A stretch of DNA of 64,000 bases, taken from the NCBI RefSeq assembly GCF_964204645.1, contig NC_134026.1:9075950-9139949 (forward strand), given 5' to 3'. The translations under genes were made by a program, and so were the position numbers. Shown in pieces: positions 13,901-25,926 of this stretch; position 1 is the first letter of the stretch, and each line of letters begins with the position of its first letter. The DNA is from Tubulanus polymorphus. Lineage: Eukaryota; Animalia; Nemertea. Under the pieces are notes generated by a model. It was not told where the DNA came from, did no database searches, and saw only the letters and a list, made by a program, of their open reading frames with translations.

Positions 13901-14815
13901 TGGACAGAACTTAGTGTCTTTGTATTCTTCAGTTACCGGGTGACAATATGGATGACACACTAAAAACAGATTAAAATATATTTAGAATTTTAATTTTAAC
14001 TCATAAAGTATATACGTCTACTTGGGAAAAGGATATTACCAAACCAGTCAATATGTTATTACTAGCCAAGATCCCGCCACTCAAGGATGGTTTAGATTTA
14101 AGAATTAATCCATGCCTAGTATGTTATATCTAAGGAGTTCTGTGTGAGTCGATGTGCACTATGTCATCAATAATGGCGTTTCAAAATAACAATTGCGGCA
14201 TGTATTTTGTAATGAATAAATATATTTCGTAACTGTTATTTTATTTTTGATGATTATTGGTTGGTTTTCTATTATTTGTGATGTATTCAAATCCAAAATA
14301 ACTTCATTGATAATTGCAAATCATAAGATAGAAAATTAAGATGAAGATAACTTTTACAAGTAAATAGATAAAAAATCAAGACGGACTAAACAAAAATACT
14401 GTGTTTTTTAATAGATCAAAACACGAAGGACTGAAAAGATTATTTCCTTTTTAAGATGATGATTTTTGCAGAATTCTGGGAGGTAGATTCGAAGTCCAAG
14501 TAATTCAAATAAAAAGCCTTGCATCTTGAAAGCACAGGCAACAATACGAGTATTATCAACAAACTATTATCTCTATCAATACCCCTATGACATCGTTCAA
14601 CTGCCTAGCATTCGACGGGGTCAAAAAGGAAGTATTCAAAGGTGCGAACTTTTCAGGATTAGCCAGGCTTTATACCGCTGCATTAAATCAGTGTTGTTCA
14701 TAGAGATTATCGGGGAGATTTGAGCTATTTTTGAAGGGACCTTACGTCGATTTGTAGCACTCGGTAGAAAACACGAAATCACTATCACCGCAACTACAGT
14801 TGACCGATCGTACAT
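7975..14815 (-). CDS. Single-pass membrane protein with signal peptide, Cys-rich ectodomain, TM helix and PY motifs (Shisa/WBP1/VOPP1-like). Exons approx. 14815-14746, 13959-13810, 13426-13337, 12065-11936 (in-frame TGA), 10705-10578, 8339-7975
   Basis: MYDRSTVVAVIVISCFLPSA signal; CHPYC...FCPYLQHCCYGEHGSRNCC; TM WLYIAPGISSFVVILLCVCVLTI-KRR; tail with APPY, PPDY, PPSY; splice phases consistent. Confidence 0.65.
8526..9500. mobile_element. Non-autonomous DNA element, TIR CAGGGGCGGATCCAG, internal GGGCAC repeats
   Basis: Perfect 15-bp TIR; 5-bp TSD CTATG (8521-8525, 9501-9505); many agggcact motifs inside. Confidence 0.75.
9530..10042 (-). mobile_element. Helentron/HINE-like element, internally deleted copy with tandem ~160-bp units
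   Basis: Reverse complement of the ends of the 57269-58540 element (ttttagcccact ... ggacccctagttatt); repeated ccccctggtgaccatat units. Confidence 0.6.
11372..11462 (-). repeat. tRNA-derived (SINE-head-like) sequence
   Basis: Minus strand ggcctcggtagctcggtgag...gtaggttcgagtcctgc has A-box-like and B-box motifs but no clean cloverleaf. Confidence 0.45.
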
Positions 14816-17198
14816 TTTCGCGTAACCGATGACGAAATGACCGCAGCGATTCTTTTCGTCGATGAGTCTTAAGTTTCCGTATTGTAAAAATGTCAAAGTT
14901 TCCGTTTTAAGAAGGTATAAAATGTAAAATCCAGTTGTCTCCTCGACTATCAAATCCGTGATTAAACTCTACGTGTTGAAATATTCTTCAAATCTCCCAT
15001 ACAAGGTCAATTTGCACAATTAAGTTTCTACGTATGATTCCAGGAATAGGCTTATATTTATAGTGACGATAAACAAGTTAATAACAATTTATACTTCCCT
15101 ATAAAACACCATTACACATCGAATATTGTTTTTTTAAAAACAAAATTTAAGGGAATTCCTTAGCTTAATATAAATACAACTCGTCCCTTATTGTAACAAT
15201 GAACGCATAGAATAGAGTACAAAACATTCTATAGGCGCTATATAACCGAGATCCACAAAAGACGCGCTGAGAAAAAAAACAACTCTGTTCTTTTATGGAT
15301 ATTTATCTCAACCCGGCTGTAATAGTTTTAACTTCGTACAAATTTACCTGCTTGTTATGTTCGGAAAAATGATCTATTTTTTCACGGGCAATAATCTCAA
15401 AACTACAAACCTTGAAACAAATTGAGCATATCATTTTTACCCATGGAACCTGTATCTAAGGGACATTCAAATGATTAGTTTCATAATCATATTTTTGTAT
15501 CCAATTATGGCTAGCCTACTGCTGCACCCTAGGCATGGATTTCATACCCGTACGTAAGACTTTAATGGAGAGGGTCAAAATTACATACATTTTTAAGTCT
15601 ACTACTGACCCCCCTCCCGTAGGCCTGGGCGTGCAGACTTGCATCATACATCGTTTTACTGCGGAGAATTTCTTGTCAGGAGATATGTAAATACAGTAGA
15701 CTCCGTTGAAGTCATCAGATCTTTTGGAACTGTCGAATCTTATCCAACTTCGCCGTTTTTCGAGTTGAACTTTTATCCAATTTTTGATAAAAATTTTGGT
15801 TTACTGTTGCCGATGGTAATTATGTTAGAAAATAATTACCCAGACAATTTCAACTCCTTCATCGTACATCTGATTTCCATAATGTTTTAGTATTTTTACA
15901 TAAAAATCGAAGGATATAGACATATCTTTGTCATTACTATAATATACAGTTTATTTCCAAGTAGGGAATATGAATTCCTCGGGCGACCCCAAACCGGATG
16001 TTTTCTTATGGTTTACACGAATGATAATTGAATAGATACATTAAGTCACTAATTCTTATTCCTGAAAGCGATTAAGAAATCTACAGAAATTCATTTAAAG
16101 TAGCCTTTGATCGACTTTCGTTTATAATCTGGTTCATTGCAAAGTTAAGGAGAGCTGTTTCTGGGGAATCGATTGGGTTTAACCTGTTCTTCTGAAATAC
16201 TGAGCTGTCAGAAGTAATGATCGTAAGTGGCTAACTCTGAAATTGATACACCTGAAGATATCTAACGAAATAAGTACAGGGCCCAGTTTCACGAAAAAGT
16301 TTAAGCCTAAAACGGTTAAGTTTGAATTGTTGTCCTCATTGAATCCAATGGCAATTACAACAACAATTTGAGTTAAACTTTTTTGTGAAACTGAACCCAG
16401 GGGAAGAAGTTAAAGTACAGAAATTGGTAAGAAATGCAGGGGTAGATACGAGGCTGGCTGAAAGGGGGGTTCACCTCATATGACAAGGGCTCTCTTTTAC
16501 TCATGGCGGGCATCCCGGCCGCAGGCGCAATTCCCTCGCAGGGGTCCTCCTCCAGAAAATCTTGAAAATGTAGGTACATTTTTATGATAAATAAATAATA
16601 GGCCTATGTGTCTTATATAGGCCTAGCACTAAATCGTGCTTTACATTTTCAGTATTATTACCCCGGCCAATTTTATACTCTAGGCCTAACATGTATCAGT
16701 CATCTCTCCCTGGGGAGAAGTAACACCGAGCTGCTAACAAGCACTCAGGAGTCATCTATCAGGCCAGGTACCCATTTTTACTCCTGGGTGGAGAGAGGCA
16801 ATGAGGCTTACAAAGAAACGACAATGAATTTTAAATCAAACTTGTACACGAAGTAACAAAATAAATTTTTGCTTAAGCACATTAAATTCGTTTTAGCTTT
16901 ACAGTGGTTCGATTGATGAACTCTGGAATTTTCCATTTTTTCCACCAACTTTTTCAAATTCATTCAAAGTTTCAATAACAGTTGTATTTACTCAGAATAG
17001 ACCTATAGAGGAGCCGTATTAACCAGGGGTGGATCCAGGGGCAAATATTGACAGGAGCACAAAGAAATGAAAAGGGCATAGGCCTATTTACTGAAAAAGT
17101 TCACACCGCCAAAATAAGGGTCTGGAAATTTTCTTTCAGTCGTTTACAATTATGTTATTCCTTACTTAGACATATGTTCTCATTATTCCTTATATATA

Positions 17199-17600
17199 AC
17201 GAAGTGGCTACTCGTACGGACCCGTACGAATAATTCCGTAGGCTATTCGTACGCACCCGTCGGATAACTCTGGAATTATGATTACGGGAAGGGATAGGGT
17301 TAGGGTAAGGTGAGGCTATATCTAGTTAAAACATTCGACCGACTGTCAGCGAGCTCGGTGGTCTAGTGGTACGATGCTGCGCTAGTAATTTGCTGGCCCG
17401 GGTTCGAGTCTCGCTCTATCCGCTATTTTTCTCTAACTCTATTCTCCACACTTTCCTTGAATTTTTCTAAGTCGTGCACCTCTGTACGCATGCGCGGCGT
17501 TAATCGGCCAATCAGCGACAGTTATTAGCGTACAGATCCTAGTCCCGTACGAATAGTCTCCAGAGTAATCCGTATGGGTCCGTACGAGTAGCCACAGCGT
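17199..17600. mobile_element. MITE carrying a tRNA-like Pol III promoter (A box TGGTCTAGTGG, B box GGTTCGAGTC at ~17360-17410)
   Basis: TIRs acgaagtggctactcgtacggacc / ggtcccgtacgagtagccacagcgt in TA-rich flanks; related inverted copy at ~45280-45670. Confidence 0.6.
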
Positions 17601-19194
17601 ATATATAAATATATCCTCTTACTGCCTTATTCACAGACTGCAAGCAATAATTTCAAACTTGTATTGAATTGCAGCACCGGGAAAATTTCAGTAGATGTTA
17701 GATCCTATAACCGACTCGTCGCGCATGCGCATTGACTGTCTGGACTAAGAAAACTTTTGAAAAATGTCTAAAAATGTGGGATTTGAACACAGGACATGAG
17801 TGTAAGCGTAACGTTATCTCACAGGGCTAGCACTGCTACCTTAGGGAGCCAATGATTTATATTGTAACTACCTGTACTAAAGCCTCACCTAACCCTAACC
17901 CTAAAGCCTCTTGATACTAACCATTCCGATCTTCAGACGTAGTTTCATCGGTTGAAAAAGCCGCCATTTTGAGTACGACTCGGTTATAGGATCTCTAACA
18001 TTTACCGAAAATTTCATTCAAGTTTTTTGACGCCTCATAAAACATTACCATTATGAAACCTAAACAATGATAACCATTCAGCGTCATTTTACTAACGACA
18101 ACAGTAAATCGATGTGCAAAACGTCACAGGTTTATGTGTACACATACAAGCTATTTGGCAAAATATTATTGATAAAGATGTAGAATGGCTCCCTGGGATT
18201 ATATAATGACCTCTATTTGAACGTCGAAATGTTATATCGCATTGAATATCGTGAGAAGACGTATTGTAATAGTAAAGGATGTATGATTATATCAGGAGCG
18301 GCAGGGATAAATAGAAATGATAAGTAAATCGGATTATTCGGTTAAATGGCGGATGTATACACGATTTGGAAGTCTGATATAAAAGTCAGACCCTGACATG
18401 GGGATGCTAGTGGAATGACGAAGCTATCTACGATCTGAGTTGGGCCAGCGTGAATTTCATCGGCGGCTACAAGTGGTCTATATAAAAACGTGTAAACATA
18501 TAATTTCGATATTCAAATGTTTTAGAAAATATGTTCGATATTAGACGTATGCAGGTTTCATGAGATTAGCAATTTATAATAGCATAGCTGTCATATACGG
18601 CTCCGCGTCCACTGATGGCATGTGTATAAGGTGACAATTCAATTCAATACATTATTGATCCTTATTACATTGAAATTCCGGGATAAAATTCCAAAAATCA
18701 ATAAATTTGCAAATTTTAAAATAAGAAAATACAAGACACACGGGTAATTCATACAGAATAACATGAATAAGTTATTTAAATGACAATGTCTACTTCAACC
18801 CAGACTCAAGTCTAGGATATCAAGTGACAGTCAGACCGGGCCCCAGGACCGGGCTGGCTGGCTACACGATATGCTCAAAGTCATGATGAAGCAGACATCA
18901 GAAGTGCTCTTTCTTCAACCATGGAGGCAATGAAGTTGCAGGCCAGCTTAGAGGCAAAAGTAAATCGAAGTCACAAGTTGACAATTTTTTTTTTTAATTA
19001 GACCAGTCGAAGACTGTATCATCTACCCAATCGCCAAATCTCATAATTCCCGAAATTTCTTAAAACTTCGATTTCAAATTTGCAATTCCACATTAGCTTA
19101 TACCAGAAATTCTACAATTTTTTCGCAGGCGTCAAATAATTTATTGAAGTTAATTTTCTAGTTCTTCTTAATAATGGAAGATGCAGAGGTTCTA

Positions 19195-19292
19195 ATTACT
19201 CACATCACCCATTCATAATGTGAATGGAATAGAGATTTCGATGTCTGCAGTCCAGACCCAGAGATGATGACAAGTAAGACGAATTCAGCATG
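19195..19292 (-). pseudogene. Decayed duplicate of TRNAU1AP exon 1 with its splice donor
   Basis: aattactcacatcacccattcataatgtg...agtaagacgaattcagcatgattta aligns to 6355-6459; frameshifted, and the Trp codon TGG is TGA. Confidence 0.8.
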
Positions 19293-19788
19293 ATTTAGAT
19301 CGATTTTCGGAAACAGGTTAAACTGCAGCTATGCAGCATGTCCCGTGAGAGGACCTGGGGCCTGTGACGGGACAAGGATGTCCCGTCACAGGTCCCGATG
19401 GAAAATGAAAACTTTGCATTTCGTAGACGAAATGTCGGAAGAAACTGCACTCGATTGGTTACTATATACACTCAAAATAATGTTAAGAACATGTTAATAA
19501 TCGAAATTTGTTCGTAATTTTATTATTTCAGATCAATGATATCATCAAATCGAAACATTAAATGTAATAATGAAGATCGGATCAAGAGAAGACAGAACCA
19601 CAGCTATCGAAATTTCAATTTTTAGTGTATAGACTGACTCATACTATCGAAAATAAAGTGAATGTATCTTGACAATTTTGGTGCCAATGGTGTTAGTAAC
19701 CGTATGTTAAGCGTTACACTGCAAACAAAAGTAAAAGTGGAGGGGGCAACTTAATGGCCCTAGATCACTCTCGAGAGAGAATTCAAAG

Positions 19789-20540
19789 TGAGGGACCCGA
19801 TTCAACACACTGTCCCGTGAGAAGACCCGATTCAACTTACTGTCCCGTGAGAGGACCCGATTTCAAATACTGTCCCGTGAGAGGACCCGATTCAACACAC
19901 TGTCCCGTGAGAGGGCCCGATTTTAAATACTGTCCCGTGGGAGGACTCGATTCAACACACTGTCCCGTGAGAGGACCCGATTCAACACACTGTCCCGTGA
20001 GAGGGCCCGATTTTAAATACTGTCCCGTGGGAGGACTCGATTCAACACACTGTCCCGTGAGAGGACCTGATTCAACACACTGTCCCGTGAGAGGACCCGA
20101 TTTCAAATAATGTCCCGTGAGAGGGCCCGATTCAACACACTGTCCCGCGAAGGAACCCGATTTTAAATACTGTCCCGCGAGAGGGCCCGATTCAACACAC
20201 TGTCCCGTGAGAGGACCCGGTTTCAAATAATGTCCCGCGAGAGGGCCCGTATCAACACACTGTCCCGTGAGAGGACCCGATTTTAAATACTGTCCCGTGA
20301 GAAGACCCGAATCAACTTGCTGTCCCGTGAGAGGGCCCGGTTTCAAATAATGTCCCGTGAGAGGGCCCGATTCAACACACTGTCCCGTGAGAGGACCCGA
20401 TTTCTAATACTGTCCCGTGAGAGGACCCGAATCAACTTGCTGTCCCATGAGAGGACCCGGTTTCAAATAATGTCCCGTGAGAGGACCCGATTCAACACAC
20501 TGTCCCGTGAGAGGACCCGATTCAACACACTGTCCCGTGA
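19789..20540 (+). repeat. Left subterminal tandem array, ~25 x 30 bp (tgtcccgtgagaggacccgattcaacacac)
   Basis: Exact 30-bp periodicity with a few variant types. Confidence 0.97.
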
Positions 20541-20972
20541 GCCAAAAGTTGTTGAATGAGTATCTTTATGACAAATAGTGAATATTGGTGGAATATTTCT
20601 CTATTTTGATTTGTAGGTGTCCGGCGAACGACAGGACCAAGACGATGACGTGGGCGATGATATTTCAAACGTGAGTCAAAAGTTGTTGAATAAATATCTT
20701 TATGACAAATAGTGAATATTGGTGGAATATTTCTCTATTTTGATTTATAGGTATCCGGCGAACGACAGGACCAAGACGACGACGTGGACGATGATATTTC
20801 AAACGTGAGTCAAAAGTTGTTGAACGAAAAGTTGTTGAATAAATATCTTTATGACAAATAGTGAATATTGTTGGAATATTTCTCTATTTTGATTTATAGG
20901 TGTCCGGCGAACGACAGGACCAAGACGATGACGTGGGCGATGATATTTCAAACGTGAGCCAAAAGTTGTTGC
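20535..20972 (+). repeat. Triplicated exon-intron unit containing a 54-nt acidic exon (VSGERQDQDDDVGDDISN)
   Basis: Three near-identical ag|gtgtccggcgaacgacaggacc...tcaaac|gtgag units. Confidence 0.85.
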
Positions 20973-22824
20973 ATGAAAACTTCAATGTACAATATGAAAA
21001 AATGATCAAATATTGAAAAAAAATATATTTTACTGTATGAAATTACAGGTTTCCGCAGAAGACGGCTGGCTTAGATTGTATGACGACGTCTTTGATATAC
21101 AAAATCTCACCGAGGCAGAACAGATTAAAATCAGTATGAAGTTATCACTCAAAGAGTCACATCTCCGTCAGAGTGCAGAGAAAAGGCTTCAATCTCTAGT
21201 TTCCGAATCCAATCTGAATATTGTGTCGGTCGCGGATGACGGAAGCTGCTTTTTTTGCAGCTGTTGTCGAACAATTGAGGCGAGAAAACGTTGACATAAC
21301 AGCACATGAGCTACGATTAATGGCTGTTTCATACCTTTCTGAAAATAGATATTGCGCTGTAAGTAAATTAAAAACCCATTGATATATCAAGACAGACTAC
21401 AATAAATATTATATACACATATTATGGTTTGCTTCGCTGGATGGGGCTGATAAGGCCGACTTTCTGGAGTCTCATCTGACATGGCCATTATATCTTAATA
21501 AAATGAGACAAAGAACCACCTGGGCCGATGCTTTAGTTGTCCGTGCCACAGCTGACTGTTAAGGGAGACCAATGGTACTATATACCAGTTCAGAGCAGTC
21601 AAACATCAATATGATAGATCCTGTCGAATGTAAAAATGCTGAACCCATCTTACTAGGGCATATTCAAGATATTCACTACGTTGCCCTAGTAAAAAGGAGC
21701 TATATCCCAAGACGACGCGTGTCAGTCGAGAGTGTCAGAGGGTAACCTTGCGGCCTAACCCACGGAAGACGGTAAGTTGATAGTATATGCCATCCCTTCT
21801 GACTATTTGGCAAAAATAATACAGCCATCAGAAGCCTTGTTCATGTCAGCTAAGGGTTAATTAATTGAATTTCATAGCGTCAAAGTGACAGTTACCTCTG
21901 AGAACCGCAGAAAAAAAGAAGACGGGTTATCGATAAAGGAATCTACTGCGTTTGCAAGAAACCAGATGATGGAAGGTAAAGCTTAATTATATCATATAAG
22001 GTCAGGCTGTTGTTTTAAGATTCAGTCGTCATTGTCGAAAAAATCTTTTACCTTCACTTTCACTTTCACTTACCTTCACTTTCAAAATTTTCTGCATTTG
22101 CATTTTAGGAAGTATTTGCAATGCGATGAATGTAGTGGGTGGTTCCATCCGAAATGTATTGGTCTGAACGAAGATACTGTGGAGAAAATTGACTATAGAT
22201 GCGAAACGTGTTTTCAGGTAAGCGATGAACTAAAAAAATATTTTGATCAAATAAGCTATGCCTATATCCTTGCTATGCTATCCTTTTATACAATGTGATT
22301 GCATTCTTTTTATATAGGTACCTAAACGATTCATTAAGAGTCAGGTATGGAATCCGATACATAATGCATACGAAACTCTTGCCATTTTCCACTAGAAAGC
22401 AATGAATCAAATGTTTTTCTTTTCGCAGCTTGGCGCGGTTGAATATCACGTTTCTCGTATAATTAATGCCGAGATAAAAGACAAGAGGTAAATATTGTAC
22501 CTTAGTAGAAATCTCGCCAGTTTGTTGAATTTTTCAAACTTTTGTTGATAATATACAATCTTTGGTTTCAGAAGGCCGGAATTCAGGAGACATTTGGACT
22601 TGATTAACAAAGACCATGAAAGAGCCGAAAAAGAACTGAAAGGATATGGCTATGGGCTTTTAACTGATGAGGTAAGCATTGATAACAGAAAATATGAAAT
22701 GCGTACAAATAAATGAGCTTTCTTTCGATCATCGTAATATTCAATATTTTAAAGGGCCATGCATATCTCTATAGTGTAATGAAATCATACGTCAGCCCTA
22801 CCTTTGCGGACAAATCGTAAGTAT

Positions 22825-24094
22825 TGATCCGCAGCAAGATTCCGTAGTAACTAAAAAATGTTTGTAATGATGGTTTTGTTTGCGTTGGTGGTTTCTTTAT
22901 GGGTATCAGACAGCAAACGATGTGTGCAAGTTGTTGTTTGATGCTTTGATCTACCAGCGCTGACAATAAATCAGCCAGGGGTAAAAATAATTCTTCCTCG
23001 GTTCTTGTGCGTCGATATCTGGCAAACATTCAGAATTATTTTTAAAAACTTAAGGATAGACGGAACTGTAATTGGTTGGGTCGGAACGATGAGGTGCTTT
23101 GATAGTGTGGTTTGTGCAGGGATCTCGCTGTTACTTCTTGATACTCCCGACTACTTTCTATAAAAGGAAGAACCGGAAGTATAGGGAGACATGGTTGTTT
23201 TGCTTTATCCTGTAGTATTATAGAGTTAGTTAAATTATAAATGAAAATTGGTATAATAAGTATAGAATGATTTTAGATTTGATAATTAATTACATTGTAT
23301 TTCTGAATCAAAAGTTTACTATTGTTGATTGGAAAAAGAAACGATGAGTTTGTTCCATAATCTAGGTGAAAACTAAGTTTTGAAAATATATCTAAATTAA
23401 GTATCCTGGATGTTAATTAAGGACAAGACCTTTATAATCGCTTAAGTTTTATGGAAGTTTAATTGTGGCAAATATCAATACTAGCTCTCTAAGGTTTCTG
23501 TTGGTGTACATGTCTGTTGGTAACTCGTAGAGAATAGCTGCTCTCTCAACGATGATGAGTAGGGAGTGAGTAAATCAAAGCGCGTTATGACAGGAGGGTT
23601 GGAAAGAAAAGTTACTTTGGCAAATCAGTTTCTCAAATAATTTTAGATTAGCGAATCATTAAGGCTAATTCTACATGTCCAAAACCGTCATGACAGCTAG
23701 GTTGCTGCTCCTTGCCAAAAGTCGAACGGGAGAGTCGGCATTCTAGGAATGTCGATCTTTTCTATAAAAAGAGGCCCGCAGTCTTGAGAAAGCAGAGTTA
23801 CCAGGGACGCTCGTTATAGATACTTGAGGTTTGGGTGGAAATACCAGAATTAAGACGGGTTACCAACAGTAGTGTACAATAGGAATTTGGAGTTAGGAAT
23901 TGGACTGTGTACTATCTGGAGTTATTACTATCATCAAGGTAAATAAAATCTATATTATTATTATTATATTCAATCGGAATTTCGGCATTTTAGTTTAATT
24001 AGTTGGGTTTGTGCACGGACACGTTCTCTCGCCAGGGACCGATCTTTACGTTTTTTATTCAACGATTAAGGAGAGGATTGTGACCGGTGTATCA
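22825..24094 (+). repeat. 5' LTR (TATA-like TATAAAA 23763-23769; AATAAA 23942-23947)
   Basis: Direct repeat of 29204-30473 with no difference spotted by eye; TG...CA ends. Confidence 0.95.
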
Positions 24095-24095
24095 T

Positions 24096-24113
24096 TGGTG
24101 CCGAAACCCGGGA
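24096..24113 (+). promoter_or_regulatory. Primer binding site complementary to the tRNA-Phe 3' end
   Basis: TGGTGCCGAAACCCGGGA 1 nt after the LTR is the reverse complement of the metazoan tRNA-Phe(GAA) 3' 18 nt including CCA. Confidence 0.9.
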
Positions 24114-24266
24114 AATCAATAATCTTCGGTTTACGATAAACTTTTTACATTAATTGTTTAGTTTTGTTCAAATGGTACATATCTTCGTATGCTTTCACTG
24201 TGGTGCGAGGAACGCATTCTCTAAGAAGCGCCGCACTACAACCAACTCAACATACGAAAAGAAATT

Positions 24267-24629
24267 GTGGGGGTCGAACCCACCTAATACCAAACCGTTT
24301 GAATTCCGGTCGAGTTTCGGGAACCATTGTGGGATTCGAACCCACTGCCAACTCCGGTCGTCCCTGTTGAGACATTGCGGGATCCGAACCCGCGAAGTGC
24401 ACGACCATTTGAGATTCCGGAGGAACTTCGAGAGCCGTCGTGGGATTCGAACCCACCACTGCACGCTCATGTGTAATACCGGAGGAGTGTCGGGGACCTC
24501 TGTGGGATTCTAACCCACTCGCCATGCAGGTCGACACCGATGGGGCTGCACTACAGCCATTGAGGGGTTCGAACCCTCCACCTTGTGAATTGCCAAAACC
24601 GTCCAGCCAGGATGGGGAATCGAACCTAC
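24267..24629. repeat. Array of seven 17-nt hairpins antisense to tRNA T-arms/B-boxes, separated by divergent 31-46 nt spacers
   Basis: Hairpins start at 24267, 24329, 24377, 24440, 24502, 24562, 24613; consensus GTGGG-attcgaa-CCCAC. Confidence 0.85.
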
Positions 24630-24696
24630 ATCTGTTTTTTGGGTTGGAAATTTTTAAAAATGTTATTTTAGATTAGTATTCGTTTAAAGATATACA

Positions 24697-25755
24697 ATGT
24701 CGACTGGAGGGGAGACGACGTACGGTGCGGGTGGCTCACGGGAACGATCCGCTGTAAGCAACGACACTGTTCTGCAGGCCCTTTCTGGCCTTCGCGAACA
24801 GGTGGACACAGCCACGGCGTTCATGAATTTCTCTTTGCTCCCTAAATTTACGGGACGAGACGACCAGTGCGTCACTGATTGGTTCAAAGGATTTGACCGT
24901 TTGGCCGATCTAAGGGGTTGGAACGATGACGCTAAAAAGAAACAGTTGTATTGGTTTTTGGCTGGCCCAGCCCTAGTTCTATTCAATGACCTCCGCATTG
25001 ATCAGGGAACCGATGCGGCCGGTGGCAAAGTTGTCACTCCCTGGGAAAATATTGTCCGTGCGTTTTGCGCGCAATTTAGCCCCGCCTCGTGGGCTTTGGT
25101 CAAGGAGTCGGCTTTGACGACGATGCGACAGGGGGAGACACAACCGGTCGATAGGTTTGCGGAAGAGATTGATCGTGTGGCCTCGAGTTTGAAATTTTCG
25201 GACCACCAGAAAAAGATGTTACTAATTAACAACTCACGCCCTGACATCTCTGTCTACCTGTTGTCACAGCGTCCGACGACATTTAGGGATGCATGGGAGG
25301 CAGCCAGAATGGCGGAGCATATCGAACAACGTAAAGCTCTGTCGTCTCCCAAGGTATCGCAAATTGGGACCGAACCAAATAAAGCGATGGGTGACGTTAT
25401 GGCTGAATTACGGGACATGTTCCGCCAAATTATGGACATCCAGAAGTCTACCCGTACTCAGCGGAATGATAGAGCCACATTTTATAGCGAAAGCCGCCCG
25501 TTACAAAGGTCACAGGATGGCCAGGTGGTGTGCTTTCAATGTCACGCCCCTGGTCATTACGCCAGGAATTGCCCGACGTGGCGTTACGACCAACAAAGGT
25601 CACCAAACCGGGACGCATTTCAGCGTGATAATCGCCGTCCCCAAAATTCTGGTAGGGGTCAGTTTCGGTCACAGAATCTTGGGCGTGATTCCCAGCGGGT
25701 TAATCGAACATTTGGTCAGGGAAACGACCGGAGACCTCATCCTATGGACCGATAA
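24697..25755 (+). CDS. gag: Gag (retrotransposon capsid-like domain plus CCHC zinc knuckle), 352 aa
   Basis: LPKFTG...WFKGFDRLADLRGW...L.GPA capsid-like motif; MRQGETQPVDRF (MHR-like); CFQCHAPGHYARNC. Confidence 0.92.
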   Translation: MSTGGETTYGAGGSRERSAVSNDTVLQALSGLREQVDTATAFMNFSLLPKFTGRDDQCVTDWFKGFDRLADLRGWNDDAKKKQLYWFLAGPALVLFNDLRIDQGTDAAGGKVVTPWENIVRAFCAQFSPASWALVKESALTTMRQGETQPVDRFAEEIDRVASSLKFSDHQKKMLLINNSRPDISVYLLSQRPTTFRDAWEAARMAEHIEQRKALSSPKVSQIGTEPNKAMGDVMAELRDMFRQIMDIQKSTRTQRNDRATFYSESRPLQRSQDGQVVCFQCHAPGHYARNCPTWRYDQQRSPNRDAFQRDNRRPQNSGRGQFRSQNLGRDSQRVNRTFGQGNDRRPHPMDR

Positions 25756-25780
25756 GGGTGGGGTCACGCAATGAATGGTC
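25719..25780 (+). other. Programmed -1 ribosomal frameshift signal (G GGA AAC plus stem-loop/pseudoknot)
   Basis: Slippery heptamer in gag phase; 7-nt spacer; 11-bp stem 25733-25743/25755-25765; -1 frame open into ORF2. Confidence 0.85.
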
Positions 25781-25888
25781 AACTGAGCCCTCGCCGGACT
25801 CGTTAATAAGGAGTGATTATTGGTGGGATGACACATATTCGGGTTATCATAGTTATGATGATGACAGTCCGGTAATTGATGATTATAT

Positions 25889-25926
<38 letters not shown>

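Noticed and set aside
17348-17416. Functional tRNA gene (also 11372-11462 and 45370-45440)
   Set aside because: A/B boxes present but acceptor and anticodon stems are poor; embedded in dispersed repeats
19754-20559. Repetitive ORFs (CPVRGPDSTH)n here and at 31675-32510
   Set aside because: By-products of a 30-bp unit that lacks stops in several frames; present on both strands and broken by stops and indels
22769-23029. Duplicated minus-strand ORF MFARYRRTRTEEE (also 29184-29408)
   Set aside because: Duplicated only because it lies in the LTR; runs off the LTR end; no recognisable domain
24267-24629. CRISPR array (palindromic repeats with variable spacers)
   Set aside because: Eukaryotic LTR-element context, no cas genes, repeats only 17 nt and degenerate, spacers partly related to each other
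24154-24676. Overlapping short ORFs (GFEPT / GSNPT repeats) in the LTR element leader
   Set aside because: Translations of the hairpin motif; unit spacings of 62 nt break the frame, which argues against a coding repeat
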